The notes: generated from the letters alone by a model not told the origin. Counted from the stretch's first letter, positions 44,801 to 54,780 are shown. The stretch is 64,000 bases of DNA from an uncultured Eubacteriales bacterium (GCA_900548115.1 URJL01000001.1:17818-81817), one strand, 5' to 3'. Made by a program: numbers and translations.

Positions 44801-46306
44801 ATGAAAAACGTTCTCGAATATCTCGAAGCGTCCGCTTTGCGCGTTCCCGAAAAGATCGCTTATTCCGACGAGAACGAGAGCATTACGTTTGCCGCGCTTT
44901 ATGACCGCGCGCGGGCGATCGGAAGTGCGCTTGCGCACCGATTCGGGCAAAACCGTCCCATAGGCGTTGCGGTCGGTCGGCACATCGGAACGCTCTGCGC
45001 CTTTTTCGGTGTTTTGTACAGCGGGAATTACTACGTTCCCCTCGACCCTGAAATGCCGTCCGCGCGGCTCTGCGGCATTCTTTCGCGTCTCGACCCGTGC
45101 GCGGTCTTATACAAAAACGGCGACAAAACCGATTCTTTTCCCGAAAGCGTTCCGCTTATCGCCTGCGATGAAATCGAAAACGCCGTCGACGAGCCTCTTC
45201 TTTCGGAGCGGCGGGCGCAAACCTTGGACGTCGACCCCGTTTATGTGATCTTCACATCCGGGTCGACGGGCACGCCGAAAGGAATCGTCATTTCGCACCG
45301 CGCGGTGATCGATTTTATCGACGAGCTTTGCGCGGCGCTCGATTTCCGTGAGAGCGACGTATTCGCCAATCAGGCGCCCTTTTATTTCGACTGTTCGGTA
45401 AAGGACATTTACCTCACGCTGAAGCTCGGCGCGCACGATCGCATTCTTTCCAAAAAGCTCTTTTTGTTCCCGACACTTCTCATCGACGAATTGAACCGCG
45501 TAGGGGCGACCTGCATCACGTGGGCGACGTCTGCGTTCCATCTGGTCGCGTCCTCGAAAATTCTCGAAAAGAAAGCGCCGCACACGCTTCGTCTTGCCGC
45601 GCTCGGCGGCGAAGCGCTGCTTGCAAGGCACGTAAACGCGTGGAAGGCGGCGTTGCCCTCTCTTTGCGTCGTCAACCTGTACGGTCCGACCGAGGTGACG
45701 GTCGACTGCACCTATCACGTTCTGAACAGAGCCTATGCCGACGACGAGCCGATCCCGATCGGGCGCGCTTTTCGCAACAAGGAGGTATTGCTTCTTAACG
45801 AAAATCTTCTTCCCGTAAAGGACGGCGAGGCAGGCGAGATTTGCGTTCGCGGCGCGGGCGTCGCAAAAGGGTACTTCAACGAACCCGAAAAGACCGCCGC
45901 CGCCTTTGTGCAAAACCCCGCCGTCCGTTATCCCGACATACTGTACCGCACGGGCGACATCGGCGTGAAAAACGCCGACGGCGACATTGTTTTTCAATCG
46001 CGCCGCGACGGGCAGATCAAGCACATGGGCTATCGCATCGAGCTCGGCGAGATCGAGCGGGCGCTGGGCGGCGTTCCCGAGATCGTCGAAGCGATCTGCT
46101 TTTACGACGCGCCGCACGACCGCATCGTCTGCGCTTTCTCGGGCGAAATTTCGCAAAAAGAGCTGGTCTTTGCCCTTTCGAAGCGCCTTCCGAAATATAT
46201 GATTCCCAATCTTTATCTTTCTTATGAGGCGCTCCCGTACAACGCCAACGGAAAGATCGATCGGGTGAAGATCCGGGATTCTTTTAACACATCTTATGGA
46301 AAATAA
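44801..46306 (+). CDS. DltA-like amino acid-carrier protein ligase (stand-alone adenylation domain)
   Basis: FTSGSTGTPKG, NQAPFYFDCSVKD (compare B. subtilis DltA NQAPFSFDLSVMD), YGPTE, YRTGD and GKIDR. Length is DltA-like. Position 269 is Gly (LGGE), not the DltA Cys (FCGE). Confidence 0.85.
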   Translation: MKNVLEYLEASALRVPEKIAYSDENESITFAALYDRARAIGSALAHRFGQNRPIGVAVGRHIGTLCAFFGVLYSGNYYVPLDPEMPSARLCGILSRLDPCAVLYKNGDKTDSFPESVPLIACDEIENAVDEPLLSERRAQTLDVDPVYVIFTSGSTGTPKGIVISHRAVIDFIDELCAALDFRESDVFANQAPFYFDCSVKDIYLTLKLGAHDRILSKKLFLFPTLLIDELNRVGATCITWATSAFHLVASSKILEKKAPHTLRLAALGGEALLARHVNAWKAALPSLCVVNLYGPTEVTVDCTYHVLNRAYADDEPIPIGRAFRNKEVLLLNENLLPVKDGEAGEICVRGAGVAKGYFNEPEKTAAAFVQNPAVRYPDILYRTGDIGVKNADGDIVFQSRRDGQIKHMGYRIELGEIERALGGVPEIVEAICFYDAPHDRIVCAFSGEISQKELVFALSKRLPKYMIPNLYLSYEALPYNANGKIDRVKIRDSFNTSYGK

Positions 46307-47075
46307 CGTTTATCTTTGTCCCGTTTCGAGCGTAAAAGAGCTTTCGGCGCGTGTCTTTCCGTTTCTGCGCCGCGGCGTTTTTACCAACGCCTTTCTCTCG
46401 CCCGATACCTACGCTTCGGAAATTGCCGAAGGGCGGCTTTTTACGCACGCCGAAGACGGATTTTTGGGTATTTTTCTTTCGCGCGACGGTTTTTATTCTT
46501 TGTACGTTTATGTTCTCGGCGAAAAAATGCCGCTTTTTCCGTCTTCTCTTTCCCTCCTCTGCGAGGTCGCGGGGGACGCGCCCGCGTTTCTTGCCGAAAG
46601 TTTTACGCCGTTTTTTTCGCGCGTTCACCTGTCGCGCGCCCCGTCGGAAGGCGCGTCGGGTTCTCCGTCGGGCATTTGTCCGCTTCTCCCTTCGCAGGTG
46701 CGGGAGGGCTTTTCGCTTCTTTCAAAATGCTTTGACCCCCGCACGGCGGCGCTGCCGACCTTTACGGAGTTTTGCCGTGACTGCGAAAAGGGAAACGTTT
46801 TGGGAAAGACCGAAGACGGGACGCTTGCGGGGCTTCTGCGTTTTTCGTGTTCCGCAAAGCGCGCCGAAATAAAGCATCTTTGCGTACATCCCGACCGCCG
46901 AAAAAAAGGCGTCGCCGCTCTGTTGTGCGAAAGCTTTCTTGCCGCGCACGGTAAAAAGACCGTATCGGTCTTTACGGGGAGCGAAAACCGCGCGGCGCGC
47001 GCATTATACGAATCGTTCGGCTTTGTCCGCGACGAGATCACCTCGACCGTTTATCAAAAAGGAGTATCCGTATGA
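46296..47075 (+). CDS. GNAT-family N-acetyltransferase with an approximately 150-aa uncharacterised N-terminal region
   Basis: The C-terminal acetyl-CoA motif [17 protein letters not shown] and [10 protein letters not shown]. The start overlaps the ligase stop by 11 nt. Confidence 0.75.
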   Translation: MENNVYLCPVSSVKELSARVFPFLRRGVFTNAFLSPDTYASEIAEGRLFTHAEDGFLGIFLSRDGFYSLYVYVLGEKMPLFPSSLSLLCEVAGDAPAFLAESFTPFFSRVHLSRAPSEGASGSPSGICPLLPSQVREGFSLLSKCFDPRTAALPTFTEFCRDCEKGNVLGKTEDGTLAGLLRFSCSAKRAEIKHLCVHPDRRKKGVAALLCESFLAAHGKKTVSVFTGSENRAARALYESFGFVRDEITSTVYQKGVSV

Positions 47076-47296
47076 ACACCAAAGAAAAAGTAATTTCGAT
47101 TCTGACCGAGCTTTGCCCCGCCGCCGACCTTTCCTCCGACACGCTCATCGACGACGGCATTCTCGATTCGTTTGACATCGTTTCGCTCGTGAGCGAGCTG
47201 ATCGACGCCTTTGACGTCGAGATCGGCGTGGAGGATCTCGTTCCCGAAAACTTCAATTCGGTCGACGCCATCGCCGCCCTTGTGGAGGCAAAATAA
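47072..47296 (+). CDS. DltC-like aminoacyl/acyl carrier protein
   Basis: 74 aa. Phosphopantetheine attachment motif [16 protein letters not shown] overlap with the GNAT stop. Confidence 0.85.
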   Translation: MNTKEKVISILTELCPAADLSSDTLIDDGILDSFDIVSLVSELIDAFDVEIGVEDLVPENFNSVDAIAALVEAK

Positions 47297-48850
47297 ATGG
47301 CGTTCACAACGGGAGCGTTCGGACTTTTTGTCGCGGCGGGACTGCTTCTTTATTCGCTGATCCCGAAAAAAGCCCGTCCGTATCTTCTGCTCGCGCTCAG
47401 CTATGCATTTTATCTTTCCTACGGCGTTTCCTTTTTGCCGTATCTTCTCTTCACGACTCTTTCGACCTATTTCTTTGCGCGGCTTTTAAACAAGGAAATC
47501 CCGAAAGCCGACGGAGAAGCGGAAAAAGAATACAAAAAGCGCGCCGCAAAGCAAAAGAAGTTTCTTTGCGCGGCGTGTCTTTTGCTCAATTTTTCCCTTT
47601 TGTATTTCGTCAAATATTGGAATCTTACCCTCGACGAGTTGTCGGTTCCGAAGGAGCTTCTGCGGGTCGATCTTGTCCTGCCGCTCGGCATTTCCTTTTA
47701 TATTTTCCAGTCGATGGGGTATCTGATCGACGTGAAGCGGGGAAAATATCCGGCGGAGAAAAACATTTTCCGCTTTGCGCTTTTCGTCTCGTTTTTTCCC
47801 CAGTTGGTTCAGGGCCCGATCGCGCGGTACGACGAGCTTGCGCCGCAGCTTTACCGCGGGGACGATTTTTCGTTTGACAATCTCAAAAGCGGCGTAAAAA
47901 CCGCCTTTTGGGGACTTTTGAAAAAGCTTGTCATCGCCGACCGCGCCGCCGTTTGCGCGGGCGCTCTTCTCGACGCGGAAAAAGGCTCGTTCGGCGGCGG
48001 CATGCTGCTGTGCGGCATTCTGTTTTACTGTTTGCAGCTCTATTGCGATTTTTCGGGCGGGATCGACATCGCACGCGGCGTCGGAAAGCTGTTCGGGATC
48101 GACATGGCGCAAAATTTTCGACGTCCGATCTTTTCCGAGAGCCTTGCGGAGTTTTGGCGGCGCTGGCACATCACGCTCGGCGCGTGGCTGAAGGATTATC
48201 TTTTCTATCCGCTCACCCTTTCCAAGCCTTTTATCCGTTTCGGAAAATTCACCCGCCGGCACATCAAAGGCAGCGCGGGCAAAATTCTCTCCACGTCGCT
48301 TGCCACCTTTATCGTTTATTTCGTCATCGGAATTTGGCACGGCGCAAATTTCAAATACATTCTTTTCGGCGTGTATAACGGCGTGATCATCACCTCGTCG
48401 CTCCTGCTTGAGCCGCGCCTTGCGCCGCAAAGACTGCGCGAGGTTTCCTACCCGCCCGCAAAAGCGCGCACGGTGCGCGTTCTTCGCGTGCTTCGCACAT
48501 CGGTTTTGGTGGTGATCGGGCGCTATATTACCCGCGCGGCGGATATTCCCGACGCACTTTATAAGTTCGGTGCGCTCTTTACCGATTTCCGCCCCCGCGA
48601 GCTTTGCGGCGGGACCTTTCTCGCACTCGGGCTTTCGGGAATCGATTATCTCGTTTTGCTTTTGGGAGCGCTTCTTCTTTTCGCCGTCGAATTTGCGGCG
48701 GAAAAGGAACGTCCCATCGACGCGGCGATCGAGAAAAAAGGAACCGCCGCCGTCTTTATCGCAAGCCTTCTTTTGTTCGCGGCGTTTTTGGCGTTCGGCG
48801 TTTTCCGCGGAAGCTATATCGCCTCGGAGTTTATTTACAAGCAGTTCTGA
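47297..48850 (+). CDS. MBOAT-family membrane O-acyltransferase (DltB/AlgI-like)
   Basis: FFPQLVQGPI, WRRWHITLGAWLKDY and the conserved His in GIWHGANF. Polytopic. The start abuts the carrier-protein stop. Confidence 0.9.
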   Translation: MAFTTGAFGLFVAAGLLLYSLIPKKARPYLLLALSYAFYLSYGVSFLPYLLFTTLSTYFFARLLNKEIPKADGEAEKEYKKRAAKQKKFLCAACLLLNFSLLYFVKYWNLTLDELSVPKELLRVDLVLPLGISFYIFQSMGYLIDVKRGKYPAEKNIFRFALFVSFFPQLVQGPIARYDELAPQLYRGDDFSFDNLKSGVKTAFWGLLKKLVIADRAAVCAGALLDAEKGSFGGGMLLCGILFYCLQLYCDFSGGIDIARGVGKLFGIDMAQNFRRPIFSESLAEFWRRWHITLGAWLKDYLFYPLTLSKPFIRFGKFTRRHIKGSAGKILSTSLATFIVYFVIGIWHGANFKYILFGVYNGVIITSSLLLEPRLAPQRLREVSYPPAKARTVRVLRVLRTSVLVVIGRYITRAADIPDALYKFGALFTDFRPRELCGGTFLALGLSGIDYLVLLLGALLLFAVEFAAEKERPIDAAIEKKGTAAVFIASLLLFAAFLAFGVFRGSYIASEFIYKQF

Positions 48851-48892
48851 TTCCGGATCTCGGATCCCAAATTCCAAAGGAGAAAAAGCCTC

Positions 48893-50707
48893 TTGAATTC
48901 GAAAAAGTGGTGTATTACCGTCTTTTGCGCGGCGCTTTTGTGTCTTTTGTCTCTTGCCGCCTTTAATGTCTTCACCGATCCGTTTTGCGCCTTCGGCGTT
49001 TCGGGGCGCTATTCCTTCGGCGAGACCCTGAATCCGCGCGTCGCGAAGATCGAATATCTGAAAAAATACGGCGATCGGTACGACGCTTATATCGTCGGCT
49101 GTTCCTCGACCAGCTCCTATCCCGTCGAAACGCTGAACCGCTATACGGGAAACAAGTTTTACAACATGATCGTGTACGGCTCGGATATGCGCGACACGAA
49201 AGAGACCGTCGAGTATCTCTTAAAAGAAAAGACGGTAAAGCACATCGTCGTCAACCTGTATCTTTCCAACGGTCAAAAATACGATTACGAGGACGACCCC
49301 CTGACCGGCAGTATGCATCCCGACGTCGACGGCTCGAGCAAGCTTGCGTATCTTATGAAATACGCCTTCTGCGACCCGCGTTACGGAATCGATCGGCTTG
49401 AAAACGAAAAAAAGGACACCTATCTTGCCCAAAGCTTTGACGTTTTCGACGAAGAGACGGGCGCATACGACAAGCGCAAGCGCGACGCCGAGCCGATCTC
49501 GAATCTTTCCACGTATCTCGACGCGTATCCCGAATTTACGAATTACACGGCGGCGATCTATTCTCTTTCGGTTTTCCGCGAGAACACCGAGTGTTTAAAG
49601 GCGATCAAAAAAGCCTGCGACGAAAAGAACGTCGAGCTCACCGTTCTTTTGTCGCCGATGTATTATAAATATTACGAATATCTTCCCGAAGAGGATCTGC
49701 GCGCCTTTTTCGAAGCGATCGCGGAGGCGGTGGATTTTTGGGACTTTTCGATCAGCTCGGTCAGCTGTGACGCGCGGTATTTTTACGACGCGACTCATTT
49801 GCGAAACGACGTCGGCGATATGGCGCTCGCCCGCATTTTCGGCGACAAATCGGTTTATGTCCCCGACGATTTCGGAACGCTTGTGACGAAAGAAAACTGC
49901 AAAGAATATCTCGACGATCTTCTTTCAAAAGAGCATCGCCGCGATTTTTCGGAGTATACGGCGCAGATTCCCGTTTTGATGTATCACAACGTCGAACCGA
50001 AAACCAAAAACGATATGACCGTTTCGCCCGAAACCTTCCGCGAGCATATGCAGTATCTTTGCGAGGCGGGATATACGTCGGTGACGCTGCGGCAGATCGA
50101 GAATTATATCGAAAAGGGAAAAGAATTGCCCGCAAACCCCGTTCTCATCACCTTTGACGACGGGTACGAGAGCAATTATACCTATGCATATCCCATCCTG
50201 AAGGAGCTTGGCATGAACGGCGTGATCTTCGCCGTCGGATCGACCTTCGGTTCGGACACGTACAAGGGAACGGGCAAAAAAATACACCCGCACTTCGGGA
50301 AAAAAGAGCTTTACGAAATGGAGAGCTCGGGCGTTATCGAGGTGCAGTCGCACACCTACGACATGCACCAGGAAAAAGAGTACGAGCCGAAAGGGAAAGA
50401 AATATACAGCACGGTTCTCCCGGGCAAAAACGAGACCGAAGCGGAATACATCGAGCGTTTTTCCGACGATATTCTGAAATGGCAAAACACGCTTCAAAAG
50501 AAGATGACCGCCTTTTCCTATCCCAACGGCGTCGTGAATACGCTCTCGCAGGTACTGCTGAACCAAAACGGCGTAAAGCTGACCTTCTGCTCCGAGCCGC
50601 ACCGCAACACACTGGTAAAGGGACTTTCACAGTCGGGCTACAGTCTCGGACGGTTTACCATCACCGACGACGTGAGCGGCGAGCAGCTGCTTTATCGGAT
50701 CGGATAA
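48893..50707 (+). CDS. Membrane-anchored fusion protein: DltD-position domain (about 330 aa) plus C-terminal NodB polysaccharide deacetylase domain
   Basis: N-terminal TM anchor, then a domain with AYIVGCSSTSSY (a possible DltD/SGNH-like Ser motif, weak). C-terminal VLMYHNV...ITFDDGYESNY...QSHTYDMH is a canonical NodB motif set. TTG start 10 nt after AAGGAG. Confidence 0.7.
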   Translation: MNSKKWCITVFCAALLCLLSLAAFNVFTDPFCAFGVSGRYSFGETLNPRVAKIEYLKKYGDRYDAYIVGCSSTSSYPVETLNRYTGNKFYNMIVYGSDMRDTKETVEYLLKEKTVKHIVVNLYLSNGQKYDYEDDPLTGSMHPDVDGSSKLAYLMKYAFCDPRYGIDRLENEKKDTYLAQSFDVFDEETGAYDKRKRDAEPISNLSTYLDAYPEFTNYTAAIYSLSVFRENTECLKAIKKACDEKNVELTVLLSPMYYKYYEYLPEEDLRAFFEAIAEAVDFWDFSISSVSCDARYFYDATHLRNDVGDMALARIFGDKSVYVPDDFGTLVTKENCKEYLDDLLSKEHRRDFSEYTAQIPVLMYHNVEPKTKNDMTVSPETFREHMQYLCEAGYTSVTLRQIENYIEKGKELPANPVLITFDDGYESNYTYAYPILKELGMNGVIFAVGSTFGSDTYKGTGKKIHPHFGKKELYEMESSGVIEVQSHTYDMHQEKEYEPKGKEIYSTVLPGKNETEAEYIERFSDDILKWQNTLQKKMTAFSYPNGVVNTLSQVLLNQNGVKLTFCSEPHRNTLVKGLSQSGYSLGRFTITDDVSGEQLLYRIG

Positions 50708-50731
50708 AACGGGAAAACAAAGAAACAATGC

Positions 50732-50762
50732 AAACGGGAAGCGGTTCGCTTCCCGTTTTTGC
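50732..50762 (+). terminator. Rho-independent terminator ending the dlt-like operon
   Basis: 12-bp stem AAACGGGAAGCG / CGCTTCCCGTTT with a 3-nt loop and a T-run. Confidence 0.8.
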
Positions 50763-50856
50763 GTACCGAAAAAGAGCGCAAAAGGCGAAAAAGCAAAAGA
50801 GCAGAGCGAGAAATACAAAACGGGTGTTTTTTTCGTCTGCAAAAAGCCCTTCGCGG

Positions 50857-50885
50857 TTGACAAGACTTTGAAAATCGGGTATACT
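50857..50885 (+). promoter_or_regulatory. Sigma-70-type promoter (-35 TTGACA, 17 nt spacer, -10 TATACT) of the LysR gene
   Basis: TTGACAAGACTTTGAAAATCGGGTATACT. Confidence 0.65.
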
Positions 50886-50950
50886 GAATATAAGTATACT
50901 GAAAAATGCAAATGAGGGCAAAAAACGAAAAAGCCGACGGGGAACAAACC

Positions 50951-51889
50951 ATGAATTTTTTACAGTTGAAATATGCCGTTGAGGTCGCCCGCTGCGGTTC
51001 GATCAACAAAGCGGCGGACAAGCTGTTTGTCGAAGCGCCGAATCTGAGCCGCACGATCAAGGGGCTGGAAAGCTCGCTCGGTGCGACGCTTTTTGACCGT
51101 TCGCCGAAGGGAATGACGCCGACTGCCGACGGAGAAGCGTTTTTGCGCTATGCCGAAAGCATTTTAAAGCAGGCAGAGGAATTGGAGGGGCTGTTCGGCA
51201 GCGCTCTGCCGCGAAAGAAAAGCTTTTCGATCTCGGTTCCGCGCGTGAGCTACGCCGCCGAGGCGTTTGCCGCCTTCACCAAAACCCTTTCCGACGAGAG
51301 CGACTTTGAGATTTTCTACAAGGAGACCAATTCGCTCCGCGCCATCAAAAACATTCTCGAGGAAAACTATCGGCTCGGAATCATTCGATATGCCGAGAAT
51401 TACACGGGGTATTACAAGGCGATGCTGGCGGAAAAAGGGCTTTCGGGCGAGCTGATCACCGAATTCCGCTACGTTCCCGTCGTGAGCGTCCGCTCCCCCC
51501 TTGCCGCGAAAAAGACCGTCACCTTCCGCGACCTTGCGGGACATATCGAAATTGCCCACGCCGACCCGTACGTTCCGTCGCTTTCGATGGCGGAGGTGCG
51601 CAAGGAGGAATTGCCCGAAAATGTGCGCAAACGCATTTTCGTTTTCGAGCGGGCAAGCCAGTTCGAGCTTTTGTCCGAAAATCCCGACACCTATATGTGG
51701 GTCTCGCCACCGCCGCACGAAATCCTGGAGCGTTACCGTCTTACGCGGCTTTGCTGTCACGAAAACAGTCGTGTTTACAAGGATGTGCTCATCCGTCGGG
51801 AAAATTACAAGCTTTCGCCGCTGGACGAGCGTTATATCGAGGAGCTGATCAAGGCAAAACAGAGGATTTTTTCGGAAAAATCGGAATAA
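50951..51889 (+). CDS. LysR-family transcriptional regulator
   Basis: N-terminal HTH LQLKYAVEVARCGSINKAADKLFVEAPNLSRTIKGLE. ATG at 50951. Confidence 0.85.
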   Translation: MNFLQLKYAVEVARCGSINKAADKLFVEAPNLSRTIKGLESSLGATLFDRSPKGMTPTADGEAFLRYAESILKQAEELEGLFGSALPRKKSFSISVPRVSYAAEAFAAFTKTLSDESDFEIFYKETNSLRAIKNILEENYRLGIIRYAENYTGYYKAMLAEKGLSGELITEFRYVPVVSVRSPLAAKKTVTFRDLAGHIEIAHADPYVPSLSMAEVRKEELPENVRKRIFVFERASQFELLSENPDTYMWVSPPPHEILERYRLTRLCCHENSRVYKDVLIRRENYKLSPLDERYIEELIKAKQRIFSEKSE

Positions 51890-52029
51890 AATTGAGTATT
51901 TTGCCGAAATTCACTGTTTTTTTGTGAAAAAGCCCCGCAAAAACGGGCAAAATACCTTTGTTCGAGGGGGTGTTATCCCAAACTACAATACAGAGTTTAC
52001 AAATTCGACATTGCAAAGAGAAAACACGT

Positions 52030-52047
52030 GTGTTAAAATATTAACAA
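52030..52047. promoter_or_regulatory. Candidate Rex (redox-sensing repressor) operator upstream of adhE
   Basis: GTGTTAAAATATTAACAA matches 17 of 18 positions of the clostridial Rex consensus TTGTTAANNNNTTAACAA. It is a perfect inverted repeat TGTTAA-N4-TTAACA, about 100 nt upstream of the adhE ATG. Confidence 0.6.
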
Positions 52048-52148
52048 AGAAAAAGAACGGCGGCAATGCGGTCGCCGCCATCCGCGGGACGGGAGCTTTT
52101 TCCGCCGTCGGTTCGTACAATCATCATGTGCATATAAGGAGGACTATC

Positions 52149-54767
52149 ATGTCAGACAAGGAAAGAAAAATCGTAGACAGCGTGGAAACGCTGGAGGCAG
52201 CCCTTGCAGACGTTCGCGCCGCTCAGAAGAAATATGCGACGTACACACAGGAGCAGGTAGACGCCATCTTTTTGGCTGCCGCTTCCGCCGCAAACAAGGC
52301 GCGTATCCCGCTTGCCAAGCTCGCCGTCGAAGAGACCGGCATGGGCGTTGTCGAGGATAAGGTCATCAAGAACAACTATGCGTCCGAGTATATCTACAAC
52401 GCTTACCGTCACACCAAGACCTGCGGTGTTATCGAAGAAGACAAGGCTTTCGGTATCCAAAAGATCGCCGAGCCGATCGGCGTCGTAGCCGCGGTCATCC
52501 CGACCACCAACCCCACCTCGACCGCGATCTTCAAGTGCCTGCTTGCACTGAAGACCCGCAACGCCATCATCATCTCCCCCCACCCGCGTGCAAAGAAGTC
52601 GACCATCGCCGCCGCAGCACTCGTGCTGGAGGCTGCCGTTAAGGCGGGCGCTCCCGAGGGGATCATCAACTGGATCGACATTCCGAGCCTCGATATGACC
52701 AACCTTCTGATGAAGGAAGCCGACATCATCCTTGCAACGGGCGGTCCCGGCATGGTCAAGGCAGCATATTCCAGCGGAAAACCTGCCGTCGGCGTCGGCG
52801 CGGGCAACACGCCTGCCATTATCGACGAAACCGCCGATATCATTCTTGCCGTAAACTCCATTATCCATTCCAAAACCTTCGACAACGGCATGATCTGCGC
52901 TTCCGAGCAGTCGTGCATCGTTCACAAGAACGTTTACGACAAGGTTAAGAAGGAATTTGCCGCACGCGGCTGTTACTTCCTCAAGAAGGACGAAATCGAA
53001 AAGGTTCGCAAGACCATCCTCATCAACGGCGCGCTCAACGCCAAGATCGTCGGTCAGTCGGCACACAGAATCGCCGAGCTTGCGGGCGTCGTCGTTCCCG
53101 AAGCGACCAAGATCCTCATCGGTGAAGTCGAATCGGTCGATCTTTCCGAAGAGTTCGCTCACGAAAAGCTCTCCCCCGTTCTTGCCATGTACAAGGCGAA
53201 GGATATCGAGGACGCCTTTGACAAGGCAGAGCACCTCATCGCCGACGGCGGTTACGGTCACACCTCCTCGATCTACCTCAACCCCGTTACCGAAAAAGAA
53301 AAGCTTGCCGAATTCACCGAGCGCATGAAGACCTGCCGTATCCTCGTCAACACTCCCTCGTCTCAGGGCGGTATCGGCGACCTTTACAACTTCAAGCTCA
53401 CACCTTCGCTCACCCTCGGCTGCGGTTCGTGGGGCGGCAACTCGGTATCCGAGAATGTCGGCGTTAAGCATCTTTTGAATATCAAGACGGTTGCGGAAAG
53501 AAGGGAAAACATGCTGTGGTTCAGAGCGCCCGAAAAGGTATATATCAAGAAAGGCTGTTTGCCGGTTGCATTGGATGAGCTGAAAAACGTTATGGGCAAG
53601 AAGCGCTGCTTCATCGTAACCGACAGCTTCCTCTATCACAACGGCTATACCAAGCCCATCACCGACAAGCTCGACGAAATGGGAATCGTCCATCAAACCT
53701 TCTTTGACGTTGCGCCCGACCCGACCCTCGGCTGTGCCAAGGAGGGTGCAAAGCAGATGACCGCCTTTGAACCCGACTGCATTATCGCACTCGGCGGCGG
53801 AAGCGCTATGGACGCCGGCAAGATCATGTGGGTTATGTACGAGCATCCCGAAGCCGACTTTATGGACATGGCAATGCGCTTCATCGATATCCGCAAGCGT
53901 GTCTACACCTTCCCGAAGATGGGCGAAAAGGCCTATTTCATCGCCGTTCCGACCTCTGCCGGTACCGGTTCGGAGGTTACGCCCTTTGCCGTTATCACCG
54001 ATGAACACTCGGGAATCAAATATCCTCTTGCCGATTATCAGCTTCTGCCGAATATGGCGATCATCGATACCGACTTCCACATGTCCGCTCCCCGCGGTCT
54101 TACCGCCGCATCGGGTATCGACGCGGTAACGCATGCGCTCGAAGCGTACGCTTCCATGATGGCGACCGATTATACCGACGGTCTTGCCGTTCAGGCGCTC
54201 AAGACGATCTTCACGTATCTGCCCCGCGCTTACGACAACGGTCAGACCGATATCGAAGCCCGCGAAAAGATGGCGAACGCCGCTACCATGGCGGGTATGG
54301 CATTTGCCAACGCCTTCCTCGGCGTATGCCACTCGATGGCGCACAAGCTCGGCGCTTTCCATCATCTGCCGCACGGCGTTGCAAACGCTTTGATGATCGA
54401 AGAGGTTCTCCGCTTCAACGCCGCCGAGGTTCCCGCCAAGATGGGTACCTTCCCGCAGTATGACCACCCGCACACCCTTGCCCGCTACGCACAGGTCGCC
54501 GACGCTTTGGGACTCAAGGGCAAGAACGACGAAGAAAAACTCGAAAGCCTTATCGCCGCCGTCAACGAGCTGAAGGAAAGAGTCGGCATCAAGAAGACGA
54601 TCAAGGATTACGGAATCGACGAAAAGGACTTCCTCGACCGTCTCGACGCCATGACCGAGCAGGCATTTGACGACCAGTGCACCGGTGCAAACCCGCGTTA
54701 TCCTTTGATGAGCGAAATCAAGAAGATGTATCTCAATGCTTACTACGGAAAGCATGAAACTGTGTGA
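52149..54767 (+). CDS. adhE: Bifunctional acetaldehyde-CoA/alcohol dehydrogenase
   Basis: 872 aa. ALDH domain (IPTTNPTST...MICASEQS) fused to an Fe-ADH domain (GGGSAMDAGK, HSMAHKLGAFHHLPHG). ATG at 52149 after AAGGAGG. The tracked start at 51924 is an upstream extension. Confidence 0.95.
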   Translation: MSDKERKIVDSVETLEAALADVRAAQKKYATYTQEQVDAIFLAAASAANKARIPLAKLAVEETGMGVVEDKVIKNNYASEYIYNAYRHTKTCGVIEEDKAFGIQKIAEPIGVVAAVIPTTNPTSTAIFKCLLALKTRNAIIISPHPRAKKSTIAAAALVLEAAVKAGAPEGIINWIDIPSLDMTNLLMKEADIILATGGPGMVKAAYSSGKPAVGVGAGNTPAIIDETADIILAVNSIIHSKTFDNGMICASEQSCIVHKNVYDKVKKEFAARGCYFLKKDEIEKVRKTILINGALNAKIVGQSAHRIAELAGVVVPEATKILIGEVESVDLSEEFAHEKLSPVLAMYKAKDIEDAFDKAEHLIADGGYGHTSSIYLNPVTEKEKLAEFTERMKTCRILVNTPSSQGGIGDLYNFKLTPSLTLGCGSWGGNSVSENVGVKHLLNIKTVAERRENMLWFRAPEKVYIKKGCLPVALDELKNVMGKKRCFIVTDSFLYHNGYTKPITDKLDEMGIVHQTFFDVAPDPTLGCAKEGAKQMTAFEPDCIIALGGGSAMDAGKIMWVMYEHPEADFMDMAMRFIDIRKRVYTFPKMGEKAYFIAVPTSAGTGSEVTPFAVITDEHSGIKYPLADYQLLPNMAIIDTDFHMSAPRGLTAASGIDAVTHALEAYASMMATDYTDGLAVQALKTIFTYLPRAYDNGQTDIEAREKMANAATMAGMAFANAFLGVCHSMAHKLGAFHHLPHGVANALMIEEVLRFNAAEVPAKMGTFPQYDHPHTLARYAQVADALGLKGKNDEEKLESLIAAVNELKERVGIKKTIKDYGIDEKDFLDRLDAMTEQAFDDQCTGANPRYPLMSEIKKMYLNAYYGKHETV

Positions 54768-54780
54768 GGGGGACTGAATC

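Noticed and set aside
46316-46872. Two additional plus-strand ORFs (139 and 173 aa) in the other two frames across the GNAT gene, so that all three forward frames are open.
   Set aside because: Both are Arg/Phe/Ser-rich with no motifs or RBS. The frame starting at 46296 carries the GNAT acetyl-CoA motif and is translationally coupled on both sides.
51911-51928. TTCAC-N9-GTGAA / TTGTGAA element upstream of adhE, which looked like a second Rex-type (TTGTGAA...TTCACAA) site.
   Set aside because: Only 5 bp per arm, with the wrong half-site order and spacing relative to either Rex consensus. The site at 52030-52047 is far better.
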